Shown here: positions 12,213-24,562 of the stretch, one piece after another | Position numbering within the stretch: the first letter of the stretch is position 1 | How the letters are laid out: each line of letters starts with the position of its first letter | Origin: Piedraia hortae CBS 480.64 | Lineage: Eukaryota | Assembly: GCA_010093745.1 (NCBI GenBank) | Contig: MU005999.1 | Span: 55,809 to 119,808, forward strand | Direction: 5' to 3' | DNA length: 64,000 nt | Translations under genes and position numbers: made by a program | The notes under the pieces: generated by a model | Told to the model about the DNA's origin: nothing | What the model saw: only the letters and a program-made list of their open reading frames with translations | Database searches by the model: none

Positions 12213-12783
12213 CTACATAACCACGCCCGAGTTGGAAGCGATACGAGGCCAAAGTTCTGCAGCCTCTTTTCCCACCGGTCCCGTAATCGCCGACCCCTTC
12301 ATCTCACCCTTTGGATTAACAATCTGTCCCCCAATTAGCCTCCCCATCCCTTCCCATGGCACACAATACTCACCACCCCAGCATTATCCTCAAAGTAGAG
12401 ATAAACCCCATCCGCACGACGCCAGGGTTTACTCTGTCTGACAATCACAGCCGGCATGACCTTTTTGCGGAGGTCAGGTTTTCCCTTCTTCACTGTAGCC
12501 ATGACCATATCTCCCACTCCCGCGGCGGGGAGACGGTTCAGACGTGCTCCGAAGCCTTTGACGGAAATGATGTACAAGTTGCGCGCGCCAGAGTTGTCTG
12601 CGCAGTTCATTACCGCGCCGCTATAGCCTGGTTAGAGGATGGAGGGCAAGGAGAGGGGGAGAATCGTACACAGGCAGGCCGAGGGTCATTTTCAATTTGT
12701 TGCCGCTGGCGGCGCCGCGTCTGGGGTGGTTAGCGGCTGGATAGGCAGGAGGGCTTGCTCACGTACCCTCGTTTTGATGACAT
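12213..12783 (-). CDS. RPL23: 60S ribosomal protein L23 (uL14), three introns
   Basis: Spliced product [38 protein letters not shown]...[43 protein letters not shown]. Confidence 0.97.
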
Positions 12784-13037
12784 GGTGCTCTTGAGTACTT
12801 GGGTGTGGTCGTCGTAGGTTTTTTGGGAGAGGTGTGCGGTCGCGAGGCGCTAGCGGCTGTAACTCTTGGCGTCGCGGCGGGTAATCCCGAAGGGAGGAGC
12901 CGCCCTTGTACACAGTCAGATTCGAGAGGGACAATTCATCTCGGGATTGTGGAAAAAGAGGATTTTTCCAGAACTCGACCAGGTACTTTAGGAATATACG
13001 TATGTACTTAGGGCCTTACGAAACATGTACGCTCAAC

Positions 13038-16000
13038 TCAACCCTTTCCCGCCATTCTAGTCATTGCCAACCCAAGAGGATTGGCTGTACGAGAAGCAGG
13101 CCCTGGACTGCTTGCTCGACTGGGTGCCCCGCTTGGCGCTGCCGAGCGGTTATGGGCCATGTGCGCTCGAACAAGGTGGCCGGCCGCCAGCGCCGAACAC
13201 AATGATAACTCGCCAGCAAGCACTGTAGCGGCTGTAATGCGGGCAAGTTGACGTGCATTATCACCCGGGTTGGTCGCATGTGCTCCTCGAACGCCAAGCA
13301 TATCAAGCATGGCTGCCTGCGGTTCGAGAATAGTTCCTCCTCCAATGGTCCCCACTTCAATGCTTGGCATCGAAACCGAAATTTGTAGGTTACCGTTTAA
13401 ACTACTCATGTCAGCATGAGCAAGATTATTTTTTTTTAGAAACTTACTTTTTCATGACAGTGATGCAATTACTGCTCTCGACGTTTTGTGCAGGGTCCTG
13501 GCCCGTCGCCAGGAAGATAGCAGTTACTATATTCGACGCATGTGCATTAAAGCCACCAATAGAGCCCGCCATTGCACTGCCGATAAAGTTCTTCGCAGTG
13601 TTCAGCTCCACAAGCGCATTGACATTGCTCTTCAGCACACTTTTCACCGTTTCGGCTGGAATGATTGCTTCAGCAACAACGCTTTTACCGCGTCCATCCA
13701 CCCAGTTGATGGCCGCAGGCTTTTTGTCTGTACAATAGTTTCCAGAAATGGTAATTGTAGCCATATCTTCAAACCCCTCCTGGGACATGACCGAAAGAGC
13801 GTGCTCTACACCCTTGGAGATCATGTTCATGCCCATTGCATCGCCCGTTGTCGTTTTGACACGAATATAGAGGTATGTTCCGGCGATGGCTGTCTTCACC
13901 TGTTGAAGTCTGGCAAAGCGGGAAGTTGAGTTAAAGGCGTCTCTCATAATCTTTTGTCCCTCAGCGCTGTCAAGCCATAGCTTGGCCTCTGCCGCACGCG
14001 CAAGAGTGGGAAAGCCCACGCATGGTCCTCGGGTCATGCCATCAGCCGTCAGCACAGTGACCGCTCCGCCTCCTGCATTGATCGCCTTGGCTCCGCGACT
14101 CGTACTGGCTACAAGCACACCTTCAGTGGTGGCCATGGGAATAAAATAACTCTTTCCATCAATCGTCAGAGGCCCGGCGACTCCCAGCGGCAACGGAGTG
14201 TAGCCAATGACGTTCTCGCAGCAAGCGCCATGGACGCGGTCGTAATCAAAATGTTTGTAAGGCAACAAAGATTTGTCAAGCTTCGACGTAAATTCCATCG
14301 TGGTCGGCGTGCGGGCAATCACGGCCCGCCTAATCTTCACGGCCCGCGTCTTGTCCCCCAATGTCTTTTCGAGAGCATATCCTGGGATCTTGCCGCCCAG
14401 AGACAGTTGCACAATCTCGTCATCCTCCAACAACTGTGCCTGTTTGTTTGCCGCCATTTCAACGCATTCTTCGTACGTGCGAGGACGTGTCTGTCTCCCT
14501 CTAGGTTCATCAATTGTAGGGGCAGGGACGCTGATAGACTCCCGCCTGGCCACTTTACGCCGGGCCTGGTCCTGTTCGGACTCCTTGATACTCCACCTGG
14601 CGGCGTTGAACAGGTAACCGTTGAGCACCAGACTCATTGCCAGTGCCGTGATGATCCATTTGCTGAGGACGGGGTCTTCGAAGCTTTTGAGCAAACTCTC
14701 AGCAACACGTCCCCCAAGTGCGGATACCACGCCGTCCATGTAGTCACGGTCAAATAGAGACCAGTCAGACGAGTCATCCAGAAAAGTAGGCGGGCTCTGC
14801 AGCTCATATTTGATGGGAGGAAAGACGGTGACAGAGACCGGGTGGGCCTTTTGAAGAGCGCTCTCCATGATCTGATCGAGCCCGCTTCTTGAGACTTTAA
14901 ATGGATCCATTGGAGGCTGCGTAATAACGCTGGACAAGCCAATCGTGGCCACGGCAGGATTCTGACTAGAGCGGCGAAAGGGCAGGGTACACAGGCTTAG
15001 CACATTAATCAAGATGAAGCCGGTGATCATGAGCAGCTTGAAGCGAGGGATACTAGCCTCTCGCACCTTGCGGCCAAAGAGCATGCCTGATTCGCTGTTG
15101 CAAAACGTTTCGTCTTTGGGCCAGTCATTGCTGGATGCTACGTTCTCGGCCACTTGATGGCTAACGCCGTCCTCTTCCAATGCTTTACGCACCGCAACGT
15201 GCCGCCGGATTCGATTGATTTCCAACTTGATGGTCAAGATGGACATGTAAAATGTGAAAAGTAAGATGCAATCGAAGAAAAGAGTGCACGCTGCCAGGAA
15301 ACAAAACTGCTTGAGACCGCCCTGGATTCCTGATGCCGCCCCGGCACTCAGGATGAGAAATTCAATGGCGTAGTCGCGAACAATATCCGCCCCACGTTGA
15401 CGCACTGCTGTCTGCACCGCATTTTGGATCGTGAGCGATGCATCACCGTTTGCCTGGCCGCTTGACGGCTTCTTTGCTTGCAGGGCAGCCGAGAGCACGG
15501 CCTGGGTCAGCACTATCGGCTTTTCAAAACCCACAGTGACGACAAGAAACGGCACACCTTCCGACAGCAACACAACGTTCTCCGGAACGCCTAGCTTGAG
15601 CGTGACTACTATGCCAAAGAGGAACGCTAGTGTAGACGAGAACATGACCGACGTGCCCAACCAAAAGTTGGAGCCCATCCGACGCATACTCAGGAAGAGC
15701 GAGATGAAGGTCAGGTACATGCTGAGATAGCCCAACGACATCATGATGATGTCGAGTGTCTCGGCGTTCTTCACCAAGTCAACAAATGCCGTCCACGAGT
15801 TGCGTGCCCACTCCACCACACCGTGGGAAGTGGCATTTCTGCCATTCGCCACCACCCACTGCACTCGGGCATCTTCATCATCTGGGGGGGATGAAGCCGT
15901 GACGCCCAGTGTCGAGATTGTCTTGACCTGATCCAAAAACTGCCGAGCTTCTGCCAGCGGCATAGAATAGGCCAACGTGCTTTCGGAGCTGAATGGTGCC

Positions 16001-16467
16001 AAGATATTGGAGCTCGACGGCACACGCTTGGCTGCCGAGCCTTTGGGCAGCTGAACGTTTGGCGCAGCGTGAGGCGAGTCATTAATTCCGGGGAAGCCAA
16101 GAGTCACAATCGCCAACTCTTCCTCGCCCTTGTAGCTTGTCTGAGCCGCACTAGTGTCCTCCAACTGCCAGCTCCACGCAGTCTCCGGGCCGACATGAAG
16201 CCTCCTGCTTCCGCTAGAAAGCTCATGGAAATCAATCTTTCCAGCGCCCGTAACCGGAGAGGGCTGGAAGAAGCCAGACTCCAGCAGATGGACATAGAGA
16301 CCGCTTCCGAGAATGGCAACCAGAGCAATGGTGTGGATGGGGTACGTACAAGCCTTGAGCGTCGCCCACTGCAGCCATGGCGTTATCAGCCCACTGATAC
16401 GCCCAGGCTCGCGGGAGTCCTCCGCGGCCGACCGCCTCCATAGCCGGGTGAGCGGTGCGCCGAGCAT
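13038..16467 (-). CDS. HMG1: HMG-CoA reductase (class I, with sterol-sensing domain), one intron near the 3' end
   Basis: [54 protein letters not shown] and VLAGELSL. Intron at 13402-13447. Confidence 0.98.
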
Positions 16468-17058
16468 GACGAAGATGGATTAGTGAGGGACTAGAGGAAT
16501 CCGCATCTCAGGTATCTGGATAGTGAATGTTGTCACCGACCTTGTTAGCGAGTTTTGGTTCAACGAGCGTGCCAATTTCCTTGTACGGGACTTTTCTTGA
16601 CCGCGTAATCTGACGTGTGGCGGTGCCAAGATACCGGCCTATCAAAGGCCGTCAGAGTGACGTCTGCAATGCAGCTGTTAGCGGCGCCGATCAGGATAAA
16701 ATCAGCCAATCGGGACTTTCCCGTCGACTTCATCAGACAAGCTGCTAACACAACAGCAAGAGCCTACAATTGTCACGCAGAAACGCTTCGTCCGACTGTC
16801 ATCTGCGTGTCCGGACGTTGTGATGCACCAACGCTCACGAGGCTTGCCACGCGTCTATGTGTCATTGACAGCACGTCCGGGAGAGAGCCCAATCACATCA
16901 AACTTCTTTTTGACATTGGCATTCTACAGTACACAGTGCGTCTACAGTATCATTTACATAGTGAGGTAAATTGTCGGGTCTGTAACGAGAAGGAAAAAAC
17001 TCCGAGTGAACCTATCCGGTTGCCCGACCACCTTCTCCAAATAGCAGAAAACACCAGT

Positions 17059-18314
17059 CTATCCATCTAATGGGAAACACGTAGTCTCTCGACTCGCACA
17101 AGGGAACAGCCCCTCCTCTGACAAAAACGTACTTGGTGTGTCGGGCTCAAACTCACAGGGATATCCGCCCACGGGGCCAAACATGGACGGCGCAGCCATC
17201 AAGGGCCCCGACTTGCTGACCCTGTCGTAAGTCAGCCGCATGCCTGGCGGGGTGAGGGCAGATGGAGGGACGCCAAAGCGGTCAATCTCTTCATAAACGG
17301 GCGGCATGCCCGGATGCGGCTCCAGACAGAGCTGCGGGGACGACTGCTGGGGAGGAAAGGGAAACGCCTGCCGCTGATTTCGCAGAGCGTGCTGGCGACG
17401 GGCGGCGTTCCGCGTGGCCTGCCCGCCCTTGGCGCCAGACATCTGCCGCTTCGGGGCGGGTGCGGACCGCCTGTCTGACTTCCGCTTGGGATCCTTGCGG
17501 TATCTTGTGGTGGAGATGACACCCTGGTAAACGGCCGACGGTTTCAGGCGCCAGAGGCTGCCCTTCTTGACACCGTGCACCTCGCTGGGCGGCACTCGCT
17601 CAAAAGCCTGAGGGAACTGGTGTCAGCTATGACCCTACAAATACCTGGTCAACGCAAAATCGAACATACAGCATTCATTGACAGGTTATGCCGCACGCTG
17701 TTCTTCCAGCCGCTGTTATTGGGGTCTTTTGCTTTTTGGCTGTGCACCTTCATCCATTCGTACAGTTCCTTGAGGGTCAACGCATGGCCCGGGGCTTCCA
17801 TGAGGCATCGATATAGCAGCTTGGCGTAGCAAGGATCGACAGGGTCGCCATGCCCCGGGACTTCGCCCCCGCTGCCCTCCGGCACACCACCGCTCCAGCC
17901 CCCATCTCGAGAAGCACCCGGGAGCGCCGACGAATGGCCGGGCATGGGGCTGGGTGCTTCGCCAAGGTGTGGCGGCAGGGAGGAGTCCCGCTCCGGCAAC
18001 ACAAGGTCAGTCGGGTGGCTTGTGGGGACCAGAGGCGGGTAATTCCCTCCGGGAAACGGCCAGGTATCGCTCTCTGACAAACCGAGATGGTGCTCTGGCG
18101 ACCATAGGCCTGGCGTGGGCCACCACTCTGGCTGTGACGGGCCTGCACTAGGCAGCGGCGGCGACGTCTCTATGCTCGGCCGCACCGGTGACGGCGCCGA
18201 CATTGAAATCCACGGGTTGTAGCACGAACTGATAAGGCAGTCGTCGGGCAAAGTTGAACATAGCTCATGGTTCGGTTGCCCAATCCTCTCCCATATATCC
18301 GATTCGAGATCCAT
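17059..18314 (-). CDS. Forkhead transcription factor, one intron
   Basis: YAKLLYRCL...LTLKELYEWM...GWKNSVRHNLSMNA|AFERV...KGSLWRL. Intron at 17608-17669. The start is taken at the first ATG (MDLESD) and is uncertain. Confidence 0.9.
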
Positions 18315-19025
18315 AATCGGGGGATGCTTCTGTAATGAGAAAGCGCTTGTAGTGTACGAGGGGCAGGTGTCTGGTGACCGCAAAAGCAGCCGTGACTTGC
18401 TCAGAATGCTGTGACCAACGTCACTCTGTGGTCGTGAACCCCGCCGTAGAGAGTTCAGCAGTAGAACGTCAGCAGTAGATAGACTGTCCGCACAGCCGAG
18501 CACTGAGGCGGCTAGTCTTTTTAACCAAAGGAATGGACTGCTGTCGACAGTGTCTCGATAACCCACAGCACACCGTCCCCCTCAACGAGTGGGAGGCGGT
18601 CCAAGGAGTCTCAGGTCGGTGTTGGCTAGGCCTCTTGAACATGAAGGAATTTCTCCCACAGTTGAGACAAGGACGTAACAAAGGCAGGCAGTCCGTCCTA
18701 ATGTATGAACCCAGAGATAGGCATTGTCGTGCATGTTACGCTCAACGCCAACGCATGCAAGCGAAGCACAAGGCAGCCCATTTGCTTACCACTCCCTTGC
18801 ATCTCCATCGGCACGGTTGTATTGCGCCACGAGCAGCATGCAAGAGTTCACTACGTGAACGAGCACTCGCCCACTCACCTGCATCGCCAACCCAGCTGTT
18901 TCTTTCAGGGAACAAACAGCTGGGGCTAAAAAGAGATGCAAGTAAAGAGCACTTGTGTGCACAATGGACGGGCCGGCCCATTCGCAGAAAAACGATAGGC
19001 TCGTCCCCGTCTTTGAAGCGAAATA

Positions 19026-19058
19026 TGTGTGCGTGTCTGCGTGTGTGTGTGTGTATGT
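19026..19058. repeat. Imperfect (TG)n microsatellite
   Basis: tgtgtgcgtgtctgcgtgtgtgtgtgtgtatgt. Confidence 0.8.
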
Positions 19059-19674
19059 GCGGCCATCCCAATGCCGACATTGTCAATGGCATTTGCCCCG
19101 GTGCCAGGCTCAAACCGTGGCGACAGAACGCATGCATAGCGACAAAGGTAGCATGTGTATCACCTTCTTAGGAGCCTACCAGTGATGCCAAAATGAAGTA
19201 AAGCAGTGACAGCTGCCGTGTTCCTGAACGGATACCGGCGTCCGGCAAGCTAGATTCCGGTTGTGCGACCTGTTTTGGATTGTGCTTACATAAAGTAGCT
19301 CGGGTGCTTGAGGTGCCAAAGGGAAGATTGTTACAATAGGACAAGGCGCACGCTTGCAGCCCACTTGTAGTCTCGGTTTTTTTTTTCTCTTTGTCTGGTG
19401 ACTCCCGTGAAGGTTAAATATTGTCAGCATCTTTAAGCCTCGTGAGTAAGGACAAGTCAAATCCAATCTTTGTGCCACTCATCCTTGTAATGTGCAGTTT
19501 TCACCGGCCGACCTGCAGCGCATATTTACCGGTAGACCTGCAGCTTCGACCTGCAGAATGCGCCGGCTAGTGGGCCGATTGACCCCTTCTTACCGGCTCG
19601 TGGTGTTTTGAAATCGCATTAGCTTCTCTTCCACCTCGTCTGTCACCTGGTAGTCGCTTCAAGTTGGACGGGCT

Positions 19675-20710
19675 CCTGTCAAGATGCGCCACACTTTCTG
19701 CAGCCAGCCGACTGTAGCCAGGGTAGCTGAATCCACCTCACGCCAGTCGTAGTTCGACAACATTTTCAAACCATTGTGCGAATCGTGGAAGAGGCTCCGC
19801 TTCACGACTCTCAAAGCGCAAATAGGTACGACGACGATACCGTGATAGTTTGTTCAAACTGGTACCTCCCGTCGCGGGGCTGCGCAGTGACGAACTCCGA
19901 GGACAAGTCCTGCCAATATTGGTGACGAGTTCGCTTGCAAATCAGTCCTGAGGGAATGGAATGGTGCACAGAGATAGCCATCGGCTCAGCTATTGACGGT
20001 ACATGGTGGAGGACAACCAGGCAATTCCACAACCATAAGCCAAATTTGCGTGCCCGAGTTGGTAGACAATAACCAACATGGTACAGGTTTAAGCACTCAA
20101 GCGTTGAACCGACCAAAGAACAGACGACGCTGTACTGTTTGTCACTAAGATTGCCATTTCCAGTACACCAGGTAGTGGTGGTGCAAGGCGGAGTCGATAT
20201 AACCCGCATTTGGTAACTGGTTTTTGGAGAATGATTGGCCATGGGATTCCGGCTGCTTGTCTGATTGGTGGCGCAGTTTGTCCAGTATGAAAACGAAGCC
20301 CCTTCGTGACCAGAGTCAAGAGATTCACCGGCATAGCCACTGAAGCACCTCGGTTCGCATAGCTGCATGTCCTTTTCCAGATGATTTTTTTTTCGTAGGA
20401 CTTATTTTATCGCTGTGACCGCTGACTGGACGTGGATGGAATTCGCAAAATCTCTCAGCATACCACGTTGCAGAATGTTATTTGCAAAAAGTTTTCCCAG
20501 TTGTTGTGGGGCATCATGGTGACAGCGTCCATCTGGCGCTTGCCGCAGTGGAGGAGCATTGCTGAAGTCGAAGTAGAGATGATCATTGGGGACGGTGGAT
20601 GCCTTCTTTATATGGAAAAACAACCAGCATAAGCCAGATGCTATGCTGTGTGAATGATACCGCCCTGTACGCCGTTTAGCACAGCTGTTTGACCCGCAAA
20701 GCTTTCCATT
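19675..20710 (-). other. Possible multi-exon hypothetical gene or pseudogene
   Basis: Co-oriented short ORFs (20402-20623 and 19811-20368) and a downstream segment MLSNYDWREVDSATLATVGWLQKVWRILTG. No family was recognised. Confidence 0.25.
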
Positions 20711-20889
20711 CCGTTGCTGGACTTAGTTGCATGGGTATCAGATGCAAACGGTTCAAGAATACGACTAAGCAAGCGAGTCTGGAGGCCATCTGTGAAAGTG
20801 ACTGCAGATGAGCAAATCACTTTGCAGTGCCTACTTTGAAAAAGAGTGGTTGTCTACTACTGGCAGCGTACCGGCTTTCCATTAGCAAT

Positions 20890-22372
20890 TTATTTTCGAT
20901 AGAAGATCTTCTTGAACTGGAAGTGAAGCTGCAGGATGCTCTTGTCAAAACTACAGCGAAAGCCACGATCGTGCTTGGCAGAGTAGTCCCACTCTCTGTC
21001 GACGATTCGGAAGGCTATATCTTCGTACGGCGCCCCGGCCGTGAAGCGAATTACGCAAGTGTCGTCTTCCCCGGCAGGCGCATTCATCTCGCCTCGGCGT
21101 CTGACATGATCGCGCTCTATCCTATAAGACGGCGTTTTCATCTTGTTCACCAGATCCGGGTAGAAGATGTTGAAGCTGTACCCCTGAACCACGCGTGGAG
21201 GAGGGTGTTCCTGATCGTAGTGGGTCTGGTTATACTTGTTCCATTCATAACCCTTTATCACGCGATTGAAGTATTGCGGCTTACGAGGGCGATACTGGCT
21301 AGACCAAGTAGACATGTTCTTGGTCGTCACAGCCACTTCGGCGTCAAAAATCTCTTCATTGTCCCGCAGACCGCGGGCGATCTGAAGATCAAAAGCTGAC
21401 TGTTGTGGACTTGCAGATCTCACAGTTTGCTCTTTGGCTGGCCTTTCAGGGCGGTCAGGGTCAATAAGACGCCCAAAAGTTGGAATATGGTCTGAATTAT
21501 GCACCTTCCCTCGTTCTCGTGCCACTTTCTTCTCGAACTCGTCACCAGTCATCGATTCCAAAGCTTGATCTTCTGTACGAAGACAGAGCATGGGCTCTGG
21601 ATCCAATGAACTTTCTGTAGGAACAACATTAGCAGCAGGATTGGGAGCATTCGCACGACTATGATCGAGCTTATCCTGCCAAACAGCAGCAAGATGGGCT
21701 TGTTGCTTACGAAGAGCGCTTAGTCGAGGTTCAATCAGCGCATTGTCAAGCTCTCTAAGTTTTGCCTTTTCTTTATAGGTCAGCAGAGTGTTGAGTAGGT
21801 GTTCCCAATATTCGACGTCAATTGTTCCGTTAGTTGCCAACTTTGCCTCAATCTGACCTTCAAGTTTCTGCAGCTCCTCGAAAGATTTTGGTCCGAGGAG
21901 TTTGGACAGATCAGCAGCAACGCCTTCCGAACCACGCATTGTTGATCGGGAAGCTGCTCGCTTTTGACGATCCTTGCAAATTGTGCCAAGGCTCTGAAAA
22001 TAGTCAGTTAATTTAGAACACAATCGAACGACAACTCACCACCCAGTAGTCCCTGTTACCTTTGAAACTCTCCAGCATCGTGTATTCCGTAATTCTCTGG
22101 TCCAGTTCTGCCGACTCCGACGTGGACAGCCTCGCGAATACAGCGCTCGGCTTCTTCACCTGCACCTCCTGCAGGTCTACCTCGTCATCAATGATATTGT
22201 GGTCGGGGTCCACAAGCGCGAGTCCCACGGCCAACCAGTCGATTGGCGAAGCGCGGCCGTTTTTGGCCCGCAGTGCAGCTTTCTTCTTCATTTGCCGCAG
22301 CACAAAACGGTCCTCGTCCGCAATCCATGTTGATTCTTGTACTTCAACCGTGCCAAATTTCCTTTTCGACAT
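20890..22372 (-). CDS. Splicing factor cactin, one intron
   Basis: EDRFVLRQMKKKAALR..GRA.PIDWL, YRPRKPQYFNRV..GYEWNKYNQTHYD..HPPPRVVQGY.FNIFYPDL and GAPYEDIAFRIV. Intron at 21994-22039. Confidence 0.95.
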
Positions 22373-22394
22373 TGTCGTTGAACAGGGTGCGCGA

Positions 22395-22403
22395 ACGCGT
22401 CGC
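22395..22403. promoter_or_regulatory. MCB-like element (ACGCGT) in the cactin/XLF divergent promoter
   Basis: ACGCGTCGC lies in a CGCG-rich 116-bp gap between two divergent start codons. Confidence 0.5.
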
Positions 22404-22488
22404 GCGGTGCGTCATAGACAAATTTAGAACTGACACGCGCAACACACCGTTTTGACTCGCACTTTCAAATTCTACCTGCCTATTTGGG

Positions 22489-24102
22489 ATGGCGGATCGA
22501 TGGAGATCGCTGTGCTTGGATCAGACGAACGTGCCACAGCTGTTCATAAGAACCAATATCGCTGCCACCGGCTACACGATTCATATCACTGACCTGAGCA
22601 GAGTTTGGGGTGAGACAATACGGGAACCTGATATCAAGTCAAGGGCGAGATCAAGCAGATGCAGTATTGATCCCTCCGATGGAGAAGATCAGTACAAGAT
22701 CTTGCTCCAGAAACTTCAAGAAGCAGCGAATCAAGAAAGAGGCACTTCTATAGCACTACATCCGGGAGCCATTGATGATTTGATACTAACACTCACCGCT
22801 CCGCTTCCTGACCCCCTCCCAGATTTCGAGTGGGAAGCCTCGCTTTCATCGTTGCCGTCTCACTGTGTCAAGGACTTGGTAATAGCACCCCTACTTGCTC
22901 ATGTGAGCGTATTGCAGTGTCAAATACCGACATTAATACGTGAGATCCAAGAGAAGGACAGAGTCATAAGCAGACTTGTCGATAGGCTTGAGCAATCTGG
23001 AAATGGTCTCGTCCACGTCTTCCTAAATGTGGCAACTACCCAAAACGGCAGCAAAAACATGCAAAGGGAACAGGTTGCCCGGTATGTGAGGGGTTTAAGC
23101 CCTTTTGATGAAGCGGAATGGAAAGAGAAACAAGATAGTATCCTTCCATCACCAACACCAGGGGACAAGGCCGTCTGCGGAGTGCTGGAAAGCCTCAGAC
23201 CCGCTATCATACATACTGAACACGCGGCTAAAAGCGACAATTGGTGGCAAAATTTGGGAAATAGAGCGACGCATACGGGAGGCTTGCATCGGGAGCATTC
23301 GGCATCATGGGGTTCATTGAGCAAGACAACGGCATCAGCCGATGGCTCAAAAAAAGAAGACGATGGATTTCAACGTCAACCAACGCCTCCACATCTCAAG
23401 AAGCGAGCTGCGAAGCAGGCTTCCAGTAGTTTTCAAATTGACCCCATGATAAACGATGATATCAGCACAGACGATGAAAAGTCCATTTCTCATGCGTCTA
23501 GTTTCGCCCGTAAGGCTAGACAGTCTAATGAGTTGCCGTTTGAGACGACTCTACCAACACCAAAAGGACAAAAGACCAAAATTGGAACCATTGGAGGCAA
23601 GTCAAGGTCTTTCAATGACTGTGATAAGAGCATGGATGCACCACCGATGTCGAATATGGAGCGTGATACTGCAATTGCTACTACAGCAGAGTCCATTGTC
23701 CTTGCACGTACTGTACCGGCACAAGTTGCGAAGCCTCGCACGCTCGGCAACGTCGGCGGGAAGACTTTATACAGAGGGCAGGATCCAGCAGATCCTTACA
23801 GTGTTTGGCCGAACCAAGAGAGTCGGGCTACGAGGCAAACGTTGTCTGCTGAAGCACTTGTATCAGAAAGCTTGCCAAGCGGTCCAGAAGCGAAGTCTCC
23901 TCCACCTGATAATGCTACCTTGAATAGGTCAAGCCCAATTTACGTTGATAATCCCTCAGTGAAAGAACTCGCCGGCACCATAACACCAAAATACTTGGTC
24001 GGTGAATCAACCGAAGAACTTGCGTCCAGGAGACGTATCGAGTTGAAACAGCAATTGGAACAGAAAACAAAGGTGCCATCAAAGAAAAAGAGGAAATTCT
24101 GA
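22489..24102 (+). CDS. NEJ1: XRCC4-like factor (XLF/Cernunnos/Nej1), NHEJ protein
   Basis: Head domain GYTIHITDLSRVWGE...CSIDPS...LTAPLP.PL...W, then a coiled coil EIQEKDRVISRLVDRLE, and a basic Ku-binding-type tail KKKRKF. Confidence 0.85.
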   Translation: MADRWRSLCLDQTNVPQLFIRTNIAATGYTIHITDLSRVWGETIREPDIKSRARSSRCSIDPSDGEDQYKILLQKLQEAANQERGTSIALHPGAIDDLILTLTAPLPDPLPDFEWEASLSSLPSHCVKDLVIAPLLAHVSVLQCQIPTLIREIQEKDRVISRLVDRLEQSGNGLVHVFLNVATTQNGSKNMQREQVARYVRGLSPFDEAEWKEKQDSILPSPTPGDKAVCGVLESLRPAIIHTEHAAKSDNWWQNLGNRATHTGGLHREHSASWGSLSKTTASADGSKKEDDGFQRQPTPPHLKKRAAKQASSSFQIDPMINDDISTDDEKSISHASSFARKARQSNELPFETTLPTPKGQKTKIGTIGGKSRSFNDCDKSMDAPPMSNMERDTAIATTAESIVLARTVPAQVAKPRTLGNVGGKTLYRGQDPADPYSVWPNQESRATRQTLSAEALVSESLPSGPEAKSPPPDNATLNRSSPIYVDNPSVKELAGTITPKYLVGESTEELASRRRIELKQQLEQKTKVPSKKKRKF

Positions 24103-24562
24103 TTGAATTAAAACTTGGTCCAGCCCCGATAAGTTTGTGATGAGTCTGCAACAACATTTGACTACCAATCGAGTGGGTTCCAACATCTTGCCGATTCTTC
24201 GCTTGGGCTGTGCTGCGAAATCGCCAGTATTACAGGCTTGTGGGATGGTTTATGCATACAAAGCGCAAGCTCAGCGGCGTCAAACTAACCCAAGTCTGCA
24301 GTTCAAGTAAAGGTGGCTCCGATCTAGCCAGAGGAAAACGTCCCATATTGAGTTGGTCGCCTGAAAGCCAGATCCGCTCCTTCCTTTTCTGATAAACCGG
24401 TACGGGCCGGTCCACCCATAACGAAGTTTCCAGCACGTGATCCTCTGTCACCAAGGGACACATGGTTCGCTTGTGCTCTTGTTTACCTTCACTTGGGCCT
24501 CACAGCGTACACTGAACATCTTACAATCGTTAGGCCGAGGTCATTGGTCAGCTAGAGGGAAA

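Noticed and set aside
11404..12441. 345-aa alternative-frame ORF overlapping ENT3 and RPL23
   Set aside because: A GC-rich shadow frame with no recognisable motif.
15500..15750. Possible azole-resistance changes in the HMG1 sterol-sensing domain
   Set aside because: The SS..AFLFG and SEG.PF motifs look intact, so there is no support for a resistance allele.
13038..18314. HMG-CoA reductase plus a transcription factor as a secondary-metabolite cluster
   Set aside because: No PKS, NRPS or terpene synthase lies nearby, and the neighbours are housekeeping genes.
18533..19171. 212-aa plus-strand ORF
   Set aside because: It runs through a TG microsatellite in the forkhead upstream region and has no protein-like features.
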